A stretch of 64,000 nt of DNA from an uncultured Hormoscilla sp. (lineage in GTDB: Bacteria > Cyanobacteriota > Cyanobacteriia > Cyanobacteriales > Desertifilaceae): the NCBI GenBank assembly GCA_963921275.4, contig OZ001293.3, forward strand, positions 4,928,001 through 4,992,000. The letters are read 5' to 3'. Of this stretch, positions 1-10,125 are shown piece by piece. The position numbers were made by a program, and so were the translations under genes. The notes beneath the pieces were generated by a model. It made no database searches, was not told where the DNA came from, and worked only from the letters and a program-made list of their open reading frames with translations. How positions within the stretch are numbered: the first letter of the stretch is position 1; the number at the start of each line of letters is the position of its first letter.

Positions 1-14
1 AGTTTTAACCTATT

Positions 15-832
15 TTATTCTTCCAGGACTCCCTGCAAGAATGGTGCCAGTTCTTTATTTAATTGACCGGCCCGCACGAATTCGGCGTAGGTGTCTGCTT
101 CTATGGCTAGTAGTTCCTCCCGTAACTGTTCGATCGCATACTCCCGCGCTTCGGGATGTTCCTCGCGCAGTTTGCGAATATCTGCTTGCAGGCTATCGTT
201 TGTCCTTGCACTAAGGCTGCTCGATCGCGATAATATTCTGGCTCAATTTCTGGCCGTTTGTCAACCTGTTGCAGGCGTTCCATCACGCGGTTGAGGGCTA
301 CCCGACGGGAGACAGCTTCTAGATATTGCCGCCGCAGGGGTTCGTCTCCTAACAAGTTTAACTTTTCTAGCAAGGGTTTCGTAGTCAATCCTTGCACTAA
401 GAGGGTAAACAGCACTACTCCAAACACCGTGGCGATGATTTCATCTCGCCCTTCTAATGCTATGGGCACGCTTAATGCTAGGGCGATGGACACCGAACCT
501 CGCAACCCTCCCCACCAGATTACTGTTTGCGATCGCCAGTCTATATCTGACTTAGCAATGCCGTTACTGAAGGCCCCTAAACCATAGATGGCGATCGCCC
601 TAGTTAGGATGACTGCGATGATGGCGATCGCAATTTCATCGAGATTTTCTGCCAAGCTATCGAAATCAATTTGGTCGCCGATCGGCAAGAAGACGATCAA
701 ATTGACAAAGAAGGCGATAAATTCCCAAAACTCGCTAACAACTATTCTGGTGCGGGGGTTCATGCCAATGCGAGAACCAAAGTTCCCCAATATCAAGCCC
801 ACAGTGACAGTACCTATTACCCCAGAACCGCT
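15..832 (-). pseudogene. CPA1/NhaP-type Na+/H+ antiporter, 5'-truncated and frameshifted
   Basis: Motifs WWGGLRGSVSIALALS and FTLLVQGLT. The frame shifts near 200 and the C-terminus (EELLAIEADTYAEFVRAG) continues in another frame to a stop at 15-17. The N-terminal half is missing. Confidence 0.8.
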
Positions 833-833
833 G

Positions 834-1025
834 TTAATCTATGCTTGCGACTGTAAACATCCAGCCTTTGAGCGGAAGTATCACTAGCATCAAAGCATTG
901 CGGTCCATCAAGGAGCGCAGGCTATCGTAAAAATCATTATTGAATTCGTTGGCTCTCTCAAAGAGTTCTTCGATCTTATCCAGACAGAGGATGGGTAGTA
1001 CCCCTCGATCTTTCCACTCGTTCAT
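834..1025 (-). pseudogene. Fragment of a P-loop/AAA-like ATPase (Walker B region)
   Basis: PILCLDKIEELF...FYDSLRSLM resembles a degenerate Walker B segment. It abuts the truncated antiporter. Confidence 0.45.
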
Positions 1026-1420
1026 TGCGTCGGCGAAGGTTTGCCTGGATAAAGCCCCCCCCGTTCAGGGGTATTCTCAAGTCTGAGTTGCCCTGCACGG
1101 AAGGTCGAGCGAGCAGCTTCCGGGCGACAGCAAGATAAAGGGGTGTGGTCAAAAGTAGTTGATAGCTAGGTGCATCGCCCGATACATGTATAGCCCGCGC
1201 AGGAAGCTGCGCTCGCAACGACATTGCTTTGTTCATATAGCTGGGCCCTGAGTTCCCACGGCAGAGCCGCCGTCTTCCCCATGCTCTTGTCCTGAAGGAC
1301 GAGCCATAGGACAGACACCGGCCCTTCACTGGCCCGGCTACTGTCTCCTACCAACGGGCGCAAGACCACACCCCAATAGCAGTCAAAGGCCCCCCAGGGA
1401 AAACAACAGCCTTACCGTAA

Positions 1421-4400
1421 CTAAACAAAATCAGAAGCACCAATAAGACTAGAATCAACCCCCGACAAAATCCCCAACAGTTCCCCAGAAGCACTGACCT
1501 TAATAGAAGTCGAACCGTTCTGAGAATCAATTCCTAAATCAGCAAAACTCAAACCTCCTTCTAACCGGATAAAGTCCGTACCATCTGAAAAGTCCTGGAT
1601 GGTATCCCCGCCCATGCCCCGGGCCAAGACAAAAGTATCACTACCGGAATTGCCGTAAAGCATGTCGTGCCCCTTACCCCCATTGAGAATATCCTCTCCC
1701 TCGTCGCCATAGAGAATATCGTTATCGCTGCCCCCTAAAAGGCTATCGTTGCCCCCGTATCCGCGAATCCAGTCGTTTCCGTTACCCCCATTGAGGGAAT
1801 CGTTTCCTGTTCCCCCTTGAAGGTAGTCATTGCTCCCCAGGGTAATGCTGCCTAGCAGCGCTTGGTTATTTCCAGAACGCTGAACCAGAACATCATTGTT
1901 TTGCCCACTGCCGGAGTAATCGGCAATATACAGTTGCCCGCTTTGACTGAAAAACTGAAGCGCAGAAGGGAGCAGAGATTCGGTAAAATTGCGCCCATCA
2001 TTTGAGGACAATACCTTCAGGACGCGGGACAGATCCCCTTGGGCCGATTTTTTTTGAACCAGAATCTCATCTCGGCCATCACCATCCAAATCTTCTATAT
2101 ACAACTTGATCAAGTCGCCCTTGAGCTCGAAACTATCAGGAAGGGTGGTGCGGGTAAAGTTGCCGTTACCTTGGGATAAGAGGACTTCAGCAGTCCTTAC
2201 GGCATCGTCCTTGGACCAACTGCCCTTTTCTTGACGGAGGATATCGCTTTTCCCGTCTCCATTAAAGTCACCGACATACAAATTGGTAAAGTTGCCATTG
2301 AGAGCGAAACTATCAGGAAGGGTGGTGCGGGTAAAGTTGCCGTTACCTTGGGATAAGAGGACGTCAGCAGTCCTTACGGCATCGTCCTTGGACCAACTGC
2401 CCTTTTCTTGACGGAGGATATCGCTTTTCCTGTCTCCATTAAAGTCACCGACATACAAATTGGTAAAGTTGCCATTGAGAGCGAAACTATCAGGAAGGGT
2501 GGTGCGGGTAAAGTTGCCGTTACCTTGGGATAAGAGGACTTCAGCAGTCCTTACGGCATCGTCCTTGGACCAACTGCCCTTTTCTTGACGGAGGATATCG
2601 CTTTTCCCGTCTCCATTAAAGTCACCGACATACAAATTGGTAAAGTTGCCATTGAGAGCGAAACTATCAGGAAGGGTGGTGCGGGTAAAGTTGCCGTTAC
2701 CTTGGGATAAGAGGACTTCAGCAGTCCTTACGGCATCGTCCTTGGACCAACTGCCCTTTTCTTGACGGAGGATATCGCTTTTCCCGTCTCCATTAAAGTC
2801 ACCGACATACAAATTGGTAAAGTTGCCATTGAGATAGAAATAAGATGGAAGGGTGGTGCGGGTAAAGTTGCCGTTACCTTGGAATAAGAGGACTTCAGCA
2901 GTCCTTACGGCATCGTCCTTGGACCAACTGCCCTTTTCTTGACGGAGGATATCATCATGATTGTCCCCATTAAAGTCACCGATGTACAAATTGGTATAGT
3001 CGCGATTGAGGGCGAAACTCCCAGAAAGGGTGAAGCTAGTGGGACGCGATACTGTAATATTAAATTCATCCTCTCCCCGGTACCACGCCCTATCCGTTGC
3101 TGTTACCGTCACGGTAAAACTGCCCTCAGTAGTAGGAGTGCCGCTGATCACCCCAGTAGTGGAGTTAATGGTTAAACCGTTTGGCAAACCATTAGCGCGG
3201 TAGCTACTAATGTTGTTGTTGAGGTCGCCGAAGTTCCCGCTGACATTGAAGTTGAATTTCTCACTACTGAAGGCATTGACGTCGGGAATTTGAATTTCCA
3301 CATAGGGAGGGTTTTCCAATTCTTTGTCTGCTGACAAAGCGTTGATACTGTTGGGGATCGTACCGCGAAAGTCGTTGTTGTACAGCCAGAGGGATCCCAA
3401 ATTGCTGAGGGAGCCTAACTCCGAGGGGAGGGTACCGCTCAGGGAGTTGCTCTGCAGGTAGAGGCGTCGCAAATTGCTGAGGGAGCCTAACTCCGAGGGG
3501 AGGGTACCGCTCAGGGAGTTTCTCTGCAGGAAGAGGGATCGCAAATTGCTGAGGGAGCCTAACTCCGAGGGGATCGTACCGCTCAGGGAGTAGTTTTCGT
3601 CCAGGTAGAGGCGTTGCAAATTGCTGAGGGAGCCTAACTCCGAGGGGATCGTACCGCTCAGGGAGTTTCTGTCCAGGGAGAGCTCTTGCAAATTGCTGAG
3701 GGAGCCTAACTCCGAGGGGATCGTACCGCTCAGGGAGTTTCTGTTCAGGGAGAGCTCTTGCAAATTGCTGAGGGAGCCTAACTCCGAGGGGATCGTACCG
3801 CTCAGGGAGTTGTTGTTCAGGGAGAGTTCCGTCACCCGATCGCCCACTACCGTCACCCCATGCCAGCTATTAACACTAGCAGAGGGAGGAGTTGGGCTGC
3901 TGACATCCCAGCCTCTCCTGTTCCTCCAATTCTCCCCAGAAGTACTGTTATAGAGAGCCTGAAGGGCGGCGTAATCACTTGCATTGAGAGGAATCGATAC
4001 CGTAATATTAAATTCATCTTCTCCCCGGCCTCCCGCCCTATCCGTTGCTGTTACCGTCACGGTAAAACTGCCCTCAGTAGTAGGAGTGCCGCTGATCACC
4101 CCAGTAGTGGAGTTAATGGTTAAACCGTTTGGCAAACCATTAGCGCCGTAGCTACTAATGTTGTTGTTGAGGTCGCCGAAGTTCCCGCTGACATTGAACT
4201 TGAAGTTCTCACTACTGGAGGCATTGACGTCGGGAATTTGAATTTCCACATAGGGAGGGTTTTCCAATAGTTTGTATGCTGACAAAGCGTTGATACTGTT
4301 GGGGATCGTACCGCGAAAGTCGTTTTTGTACAGCCAGAGCTCTTGCAAATTTCTGAGGGAGCCTAACTCCGAGGGGAGGGTACCGCTCAGGGAGTTGTTG

Positions 4401-4870
4401 TACAGCCAGAGCTCTTGCAAATTTCTGAGGGAGCCTAACTCCGAGGGGATCGTACCGCTCAGGGAGTTGTTGAACAGGTAGAGGCCTCGCAAATTGCTGA
4501 GGGAGCCTAACTCCGAGGGGATCGTACCGCTCAGGGAGTTTTGGTCCAGGTAGAGGCCTCGCAAATTGCTGAGGGAGCCTAACTCCGAGGGGATCGTACC
4601 GCTCAGGGAGTTTTTGCTCAGGGAGAGTAATTGCAAATTGCTGAGGGAGCCTAACTCAGAGGGGATCGTACCGCTCAGGGAGTTGATGTTCAGGGAGAGT
4701 TCCGTCACCCGATCGCCCACTACCGTCACCCCATGCCAGCTATTAACAACACTAGCAGAGGGAGGAGTTGGGCTGCTGACATCCCAGCCTCTCCTGTTCC
4801 TCCAATTCTTCCCAGAAGTACTGTTATAGAGAGCCCGAAGAGCGTCGTAATCACTTGCATTGAGAGACAT
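1421..4870 (-). CDS. Secreted LRR protein: LRRNT-6xLRR-Ig-like, LRRNT-7xLRR-Ig-like, FG-GAP/VCBS-like repeats, RTX Ca-binding C-terminus
   Basis: 24-aa plant-type LRRs ([17 protein letters not shown]), He_PIG-like [31 protein letters not shown] repeats and GGxGND nonapeptides. Confidence 0.9.
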   Translation of the reverse strand: MSLNASDYDALRALYNSTSGKNWRNRRGWDVSSPTPPSASVVNSWHGVTVVGDRVTELSLNINSLSGTIPSELGSLSNLQLLSLSKNSLSGTIPSELGSLSNLRGLYLDQNSLSGTIPSELGSLSNLRGLYLFNNSLSGTIPSELGSLRNLQELWLYNNSLSGTLPSELGSLRNLQELWLYKNDFRGTIPNSINALSAYKLLENPPYVEIQIPDVNASSSENFKFNVSGNFGDLNNNISSYGANGLPNGLTINSTTGVISGTPTTEGSFTVTVTATDRAGGRGEDEFNITVSIPLNASDYAALQALYNSTSGENWRNRRGWDVSSPTPPSASVNSWHGVTVVGDRVTELSLNNNSLSGTIPSELGSLSNLQELSLNRNSLSGTIPSELGSLSNLQELSLDRNSLSGTIPSELGSLSNLQRLYLDENYSLSGTIPSELGSLSNLRSLFLQRNSLSGTLPSELGSLSNLRRLYLQSNSLSGTLPSELGSLSNLGSLWLYNNDFRGTIPNSINALSADKELENPPYVEIQIPDVNAFSSEKFNFNVSGNFGDLNNNISSYRANGLPNGLTINSTTGVISGTPTTEGSFTVTVTATDRAWYRGEDEFNITVSRPTSFTLSGSFALNRDYTNLYIGDFNGDNHDDILRQEKGSWSKDDAVRTAEVLLFQGNGNFTRTTLPSYFYLNGNFTNLYVGDFNGDGKSDILRQEKGSWSKDDAVRTAEVLLSQGNGNFTRTTLPDSFALNGNFTNLYVGDFNGDGKSDILRQEKGSWSKDDAVRTAEVLLSQGNGNFTRTTLPDSFALNGNFTNLYVGDFNGDRKSDILRQEKGSWSKDDAVRTADVLLSQGNGNFTRTTLPDSFALNGNFTNLYVGDFNGDGKSDILRQEKGSWSKDDAVRTAEVLLSQGNGNFTRTTLPDSFELKGDLIKLYIEDLDGDGRDEILVQKKSAQGDLSRVLKVLSSNDGRNFTESLLPSALQFFSQSGQLYIADYSGSGQNNDVLVQRSGNNQALLGSITLGSNDYLQGGTGNDSLNGGNGNDWIRGYGGNDSLLGGSDNDILYGDEGEDILNGGKGHDMLYGNSGSDTFVLARGMGGDTIQDFSDGTDFIRLEGGLSFADLGIDSQNGSTSIKVSASGELLGILSGVDSSLIGASDFV

Positions 4871-5016
4871 TTCTTACTTCCTCCCAAAAAGTTATTCGTT
4901 ATCTTGGGTCTCGCCGTAGCTCAAATGGCCAGCAATCAAGACCTTTTATCCGCTGAGGACATCTTAACCAGATCAAACTCAAGTCCAGAATGTCTACTGG
5001 TACTGATCTATATGTA

Positions 5017-5163
5017 ACCCAAGTTGCTCCTCAGAGAAATCTATCTTAAGATAGATTTCTTGAGAAAGACAATCGAGGCGAGAATGAAGCTCATAGTGGA
5101 TATTGGAACTAGAAAACAGCAGGGGAGTTGATTTTGCCTGTTTGTGTAGGTCGCAACTTTGGT
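5017..5163. mobile_element. IS982-like MITE (147 bp), copy 1
   Basis: Ends ACCCAAGTTGC and GTAGGTCGCAACTTTGGT resemble the IS982 TIRs in this window. Flanked by TATGTA/TATGCA; contains an internal palindrome. Confidence 0.7.
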
Positions 5164-5270
5164 TATGCAGTGATTTGACTAGTGTCCCGAGTTGCCGGTG
5201 CTAAAGTCACTACAAGAGACTGGCTACCTTCATTGACTACATCAGTTTCTTGCTCTTTTACGGACAATTA

Positions 5271-5402
5271 TCAAAAATCACCGTCGTGGACTACATCTTG
5301 TAGCGCTGATGACAGCAGTTGAGGTTCGGGATCTGCTGCTTCCAAGATTGTCTCGATATAGGCAGCAGCCTCTTCGGGGTCTTTGAGAGATTCAATCAGA
5401 TA
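5271..5402 (-). pseudogene. Fragment of an antitoxin-like DNA-binding protein
   Basis: YLIESLKDPEEAAAYIETILE...LLSSALQDV resembles addiction-module antidote proteins. Its 5' end is replaced by duplication copy 2. Confidence 0.5.
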
Positions 5403-5832
5403 GCTAGGTGCATCGCCCGATACATGTATAGCCCGCGCAGGAAGCTGCGCTCGCAACGACATTGCTTTGTTCATATAGCTGGGCCCTGAGTTCCCACGGC
5501 AGAGCCGCCGTCTTCCCCATGCTCTTGTCCTGAAGGACGAGCCATAGGACAGACACCGGCCCTTCACTGGCCCGGCTACTGTCTCCTACCAACGGGCGCA
5601 AGACCACACCCCAATAGCAGTCAAAGGCCCCCCAGGGAAAACAACAGCCTTACCGTAACTAAACAAAATCAGAAGCACCAATAAGACTAGAATCAACCCC
5701 CGACAAAATCCCCAACAGTTCCCCAGAAGCACTGACCTTAATAGAAGTCGAATCGTTCTGAGAATCAATTCCTAAATCAGCAAAACTCAAACCTCCTTCT
5801 AACCGGATAAAGTCCGTACCATCTGAAAAGTC

Positions 5833-8800
5833 CTAAATGGTATCCCCGCCCATGCCCCGGGCCAAGACAAAAGTATCACTACCGGAATTGCCGTAAAGCA
5901 TGTCGTGCCCCTTACCCCCATTGAGAATATCCTCTCCCTCGTCGCCATAGAGAGTATCGTTATCGCTGCCCCCTAAAAGGGTATCGTCGCCCCCGTATCC
6001 GCGAATCCAGTCGTTTCCGTTACCCCCATTGAGGGAATCGTTTCCTGTTCCCCCTTGAAGGTAGTCATTGCTCCCCAGGGTAATGCTGCCTAGCAGCGCT
6101 TGGTTATTTCCAGAACGCTGAACCATAACATCATTGTTTTGCCCACTGCCGGAGTAATCGGCAATATACAGTTGCCCGCTTTGACTGGAAAACTGAAGCG
6201 CAGAAGGGAGCAGAGATTCGGTAAAATTGCGCCCATCATTTGAGGACAATACCTTCAGGAGGCGGGACAGACCCCCTTGGGCCGATTTTTTTTGAACCAG
6301 AATCTCATCTCGGCCATCACCATCCAAATCTTCTATATACAACTTGGTCAAGTCGCCCTTGAGCTCGAAACTATCAGGAAGGGTGGTGCGGGTAAAGTTG
6401 CCGTTACCTTGGGATAAGAGGACTTCAGCAGTCCGAATGGCATCGTTATCCCAATCGCCCTTTTCTTGACGGAGGATATCGCTTTTCCCGTCTCCATTAA
6501 AGTCACCGACATACAAATTGGTAAAGTTGCCATTGAGAGCGAAACTATCAGGAAGGGTGGTGCGGGTAAAGTTGCCGTTACCTTGGGATAAGAGGACTTC
6601 AGCAGTCCTTACGGCATCGTCCTTGGACCAACTGCCCTTTTCTTGACGGAGGATATCGCTTTTTTCGTCTCCATTAAAGTCACCGACATACAAATTGGTA
6701 AAGTTGCCATTGAGAGCGAAACTATCAGGAAGGGTGGTGCGGGTAAAGTTGCCGTTACCTTGGGATAAGAGGACTTCAGCAGTCCTTACGGCATCGTCCT
6801 TGGACCAACTGCCGTTTTCTTGACGGAGGATATCGCTTTTTTCGTCTCCATTAAAGTCACCGACATACAAATTGGTAAAGTTGCCATTGAGAGCGAAACT
6901 ATCAGGAAGGGTGGTGCGGGTAAAGTTGCCGTTACCTTGGGATAAGAGGACGTCAGCAGTCCTTACGGCATCGTCCTTGGACCAACTGCCCTTTTCTTGA
7001 CGGAGGATATCATCATGATTGTCCCCATTAAAGTCACCGATGTACAAATTGGTAAAGTTGCCATTGAGAGATATACTATCAGGAAGGGTGGTGCGGGTAA
7101 AGTTGCCGTTACCTTGGGATAAGAGGACTTCAGCAGTCCTTACGGCATCGTCCTTGGACCAACTGCCCTTTTCTTGACGGAGGATATCATCATGATTGTC
7201 CCCATTAAAGTCACCGATGTACAAATTGGTAAAGTTGCCATTGAGAGCGAAACTATCAGAAAGGTTGAAGCTAGTGGGACGCGATACTGTAATATTAAAT
7301 TCATCCTCTCCCCGGTATCCCACCCTATCCGTTGCTGTTACCGTCACGGTAAAACTGCCATCAATAGTAGGAATAGTAGGAATGCCGCTGATCACCCCAG
7401 TAGTGGAGTTAATGGTTAAACCGTCTGGCAAACCATTAGCGCCGTAGCTACTAATGTTGTTGTTGAGGTCGCCGAAGTTCCCGCCCACCTTGAAGTTGAA
7501 TTTCTCACCACTTAAGGCATTGACGTCGGGAATTTGAATTTCCACATAGGGAGGGTTTTCCAATCGTTTGGATGCTGACAAAGCGTTGATACTGTCGGGG
7601 ATCGTACCGCGAAAGTCGTTGTTGTTCAGGTAGAGCTCTTGCAAATTGCTGAGGGAGCCTAACTCCGAGGGGAGCGTACCGCTCAGGGAGTTGTTGAACA
7701 GGTAGAGGTCTTGCAAATTGCTGAGGGAGCCTAACTCCGAGGGGAGCGTACCGCTCAGGGAGTTTCTGTCCAGGTAGAGGTTTTGCAAATTGCTGAGGGA
7801 GCCTAAGGTTGAGGGGAGCGTACCGCTCAGGGAGTTTCTGTGCAGGGAGAGCTCTTGCAAATTGCTGAGGGAGCCTAACTCAGAGGGGAGCGTACCGCTC
7901 AGGGAGTTTCTGTGCAGGGAGAGCTCTTGCAAATTGCTGAGGGAGCCTAACTCCGAGGGGAGCGTACCGCTCAGGGAGTTTCTGTCCAGGGAGAGGCGTT
8001 GCAAATTGCTGAGGGAGCCTAACTCCGAGGGGAGCGTACCGCTCAGGGAGTTGAAGTTCAGCCAGAGGTTTTGCAAATTGCTGAGGGAGCCTAACTCCGA
8101 GGGGAGCGTACCGCTCAGGGAGTTGGAGTTCAGCCAGAGGTTTTGCAAATTGCTGAGGGAGCCTAACTCCGAGGGGAGCGTACCGCTCAGGGAGTTTCTG
8201 TGCAGGTAGAGCTTTCGCAAATTGCTGAGGGAGCCTAACTCCGAGGGGAGCGTACCGCTCAGGGAGTTTCTGTCCAGCCAGAGCTCTTGCAAATTGCTGA
8301 GGGAGCCTAACTCCGAGGGGAGCGTACCGCTCAGGGAGTTGAAGTTCAGGGAGAGGACTTGCAAATTGCTGAGGGAGCCTAACTCCGAGGGGAGCGTACC
8401 GCTCAGGGAGTTGTTGAACAGGGAGAGTTTCGTCACCCGATCGCCCACTACCGTCACCCCATGCCAGCTATTAACACTAGCAGAGGGAGGAGTTGGGCTG
8501 CTGACATCCCAGCCTCTCCTGTTCCTCCAATTCTCCCCAGAAGTACTGTTATAGAGAGCCTGAAGGGCGGCGTAATCACTTGCATTGAGAGGAATCGATA
8601 CCGTAATATTAAATTCATCTTCTCCCCGGCCTCCCGCCCTATCCGTTGCTGTTACCGTCACGGTAAAACTGCCCTCAGTAGTAGGAGTGCCGCTGATCAC
8701 CCCAGTAGTGGAGTTAATGGTTAAACCGTTTGGCAAACCATTAGCGCCGTAGCTACTAATGTTGTTGTTGAGGTCGCCGAAGTTCCCGCTGACATTGAAC

Positions 8801-9471
8801 TTGAATTTCTCACTCTTGAAGGCATTGACGTCGGGAATTTGAATTTCCACATAGGGAGGGTTTTCCAATTGTTTGGAAGCTGACAAAGCGTTGATACTGT
8901 TGGGGATCGTACCGCGAAAGTCGTTGGATAACAAAAAGAGGAATTGCAAATTGCTAAGGGAGCCTAACTCCGAGGGGAGCGTACCGCTCAGGGAGTTGAA
9001 GTTCAGGGAGAGGCCTTGCAAATTGCTGAGGGAGCCTAACTCCGAGGGGAGCGTACCGCTCAGGGAGTTTCTGTCCAGGTGGAGGAATTGCAAGTTTCCA
9101 AGGGAGCCTAACTCCGAGGGGAGCGTACCGCTCAGGGAGTTTCCGCTCAGGGAGAGTAATTGCAAATTGCTGAGGGAGCCTAACTCCGAGGGGATCGTAC
9201 CGCTCAGGGAGTTTCTGTCCAGGTAGAGGTATCGCAAATTGCTGAGGGAGCCTAACTCAGAGGGGATCGTACCGCTCAGGGAGTTTCCGATCAGGGAGAG
9301 TTCCGTCACCCGATCGCCCACTACCGTCACCCCATGCCAGCTATTAACAACACTAGCAGAGGGAGGAGTTGGGCTGCTGACATCCCAGCCTCTCCTGTTA
9401 CTCCAATTCTTCCCAGAAGTACTGTTATAGAGAGCCCGAAGGGCGTCGTAATCACTTGCATTGAGAGACAT
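5833..9471 (-). CDS. Paralogous LRR protein (6+12 LRRs, Ig-like, FG-GAP, RTX) with a premature stop removing ~58 C-terminal residues
   Basis: Same architecture as 1421-4870. The paralog's CAG codon is TAG here (5833-5835), while homologous coding sequence continues to ~5659. Confidence 0.88.
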   Translation of the reverse strand: MSLNASDYDALRALYNSTSGKNWSNRRGWDVSSPTPPSASVVNSWHGVTVVGDRVTELSLIGNSLSGTIPSELGSLSNLRYLYLDRNSLSGTIPSELGSLSNLQLLSLSGNSLSGTLPSELGSLGNLQFLHLDRNSLSGTLPSELGSLSNLQGLSLNFNSLSGTLPSELGSLSNLQFLFLLSNDFRGTIPNSINALSASKQLENPPYVEIQIPDVNAFKSEKFKFNVSGNFGDLNNNISSYGANGLPNGLTINSTTGVISGTPTTEGSFTVTVTATDRAGGRGEDEFNITVSIPLNASDYAALQALYNSTSGENWRNRRGWDVSSPTPPSASVNSWHGVTVVGDRVTKLSLFNNSLSGTLPSELGSLSNLQVLSLNFNSLSGTLPSELGSLSNLQELWLDRNSLSGTLPSELGSLSNLRKLYLHRNSLSGTLPSELGSLSNLQNLWLNSNSLSGTLPSELGSLSNLQNLWLNFNSLSGTLPSELGSLSNLQRLSLDRNSLSGTLPSELGSLSNLQELSLHRNSLSGTLPSELGSLSNLQELSLHRNSLSGTLPSTLGSLSNLQNLYLDRNSLSGTLPSELGSLSNLQDLYLFNNSLSGTLPSELGSLSNLQELYLNNNDFRGTIPDSINALSASKRLENPPYVEIQIPDVNALSGEKFNFKVGGNFGDLNNNISSYGANGLPDGLTINSTTGVISGIPTIPTIDGSFTVTVTATDRVGYRGEDEFNITVSRPTSFNLSDSFALNGNFTNLYIGDFNGDNHDDILRQEKGSWSKDDAVRTAEVLLSQGNGNFTRTTLPDSISLNGNFTNLYIGDFNGDNHDDILRQEKGSWSKDDAVRTADVLLSQGNGNFTRTTLPDSFALNGNFTNLYVGDFNGDEKSDILRQENGSWSKDDAVRTAEVLLSQGNGNFTRTTLPDSFALNGNFTNLYVGDFNGDEKSDILRQEKGSWSKDDAVRTAEVLLSQGNGNFTRTTLPDSFALNGNFTNLYVGDFNGDGKSDILRQEKGDWDNDAIRTAEVLLSQGNGNFTRTTLPDSFELKGDLTKLYIEDLDGDGRDEILVQKKSAQGGLSRLLKVLSSNDGRNFTESLLPSALQFSSQSGQLYIADYSGSGQNNDVMVQRSGNNQALLGSITLGSNDYLQGGTGNDSLNGGNGNDWIRGYGGDDTLLGGSDNDTLYGDEGEDILNGGKGHDMLYGNSGSDTFVLARGMGGDTI

Positions 9472-9617
9472 TTCTTACTTCCTCCCAAAAAGTTATTCGT
9501 TATCTTGGGTCTCGCCGTAGCTCAAATGGCCAGCAATCAAGACCTTTTATCCGCTGAGGACATCTTAACCAGATCAAACTCAGGTCCAGAATGTCTACTG
9601 GTACTGCTCTATATGTA

Positions 9618-9764
9618 ACCCAAGTTGCTCTTCCGATAAATCTATCTTAAGATAGATTTTTTGAGAAAGACAATCGAGGCGAGAATGAAGCTCATAGTGG
9701 ATATTGGAACTAGAAAACAGCAGGGGAGTTGATTTTGCCTGTTTGTGTAGGTCGCAACTTTGGT
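9618..9764. mobile_element. IS982-like MITE, copy 2
   Basis: Same ends and TATGTA/TATGCA flanks as 5017-5163. Confidence 0.7.
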
Positions 9765-9939
9765 TATGCAGTGATTTGACTAGTGTCCCGAGTTGCCGGT
9801 GCTAAAGTCACTACAAGAGACTGGCTACCTTCATTGACGCTACTGCTGTTGACGATATTGCCAACAATCATGACGAGCTGGAGTCGGATTTTCTCAGCTT
9901 TTTTTCCGAGGCGATCGGTTATACTTGGAGTATCACGGC

Positions 9940-10068
9940 CCGCCGTTCAAACCCCCGGCTAATAGCTAAAGGAAGGTTTTAACCGACTGAAAACCTTGTA
10001 GAGAAAGTGTTTAGTAAACGAAGCGTGGACTCTCACTATGACGCGGGGGTTTGCAACCAGAGGCGGGT
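9940..10068. repeat. Dispersed palindromic repeat/MITE family (GTTCAAACCCCCG...TTTTAACCGACT)
   Basis: Related sequences at ~33595-33670 and ~39576-39630. Confidence 0.55.
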
Positions 10069-10125
10069 GATTGCGACAGGTGCAAGATGTGAGTAAAATA
10101 GAAATGTATCCATATTACTATTACT

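Larger units (their letters stand above)
1161..5237. repeat. Copy 1 of a ~4.1-4.4 kb direct duplication carrying the LRR gene with its flanks
   Basis: Flanks are near-identical to 5399-9838 (both start GATAGCTAGGTGCATC and end GGCTACCTTCATTGAC). Confidence 0.92.
5399..9838. repeat. Copy 2 of the LRR-gene duplication
   Basis: Near-identical to 1161-5237 outside the LRR variable codons and repeat counts. Confidence 0.92.

Noticed and set aside
976..1530. Short ORFs repeated at 5271-5768
   Set aside because: They span repeat-derived non-coding DNA and the LRR gene end, and recur only because of the duplication.
2939..9618. Plus-strand ORFs (LREPNSEG repeats and similar)
   Set aside because: Antisense shadows of the repetitive LRR genes.
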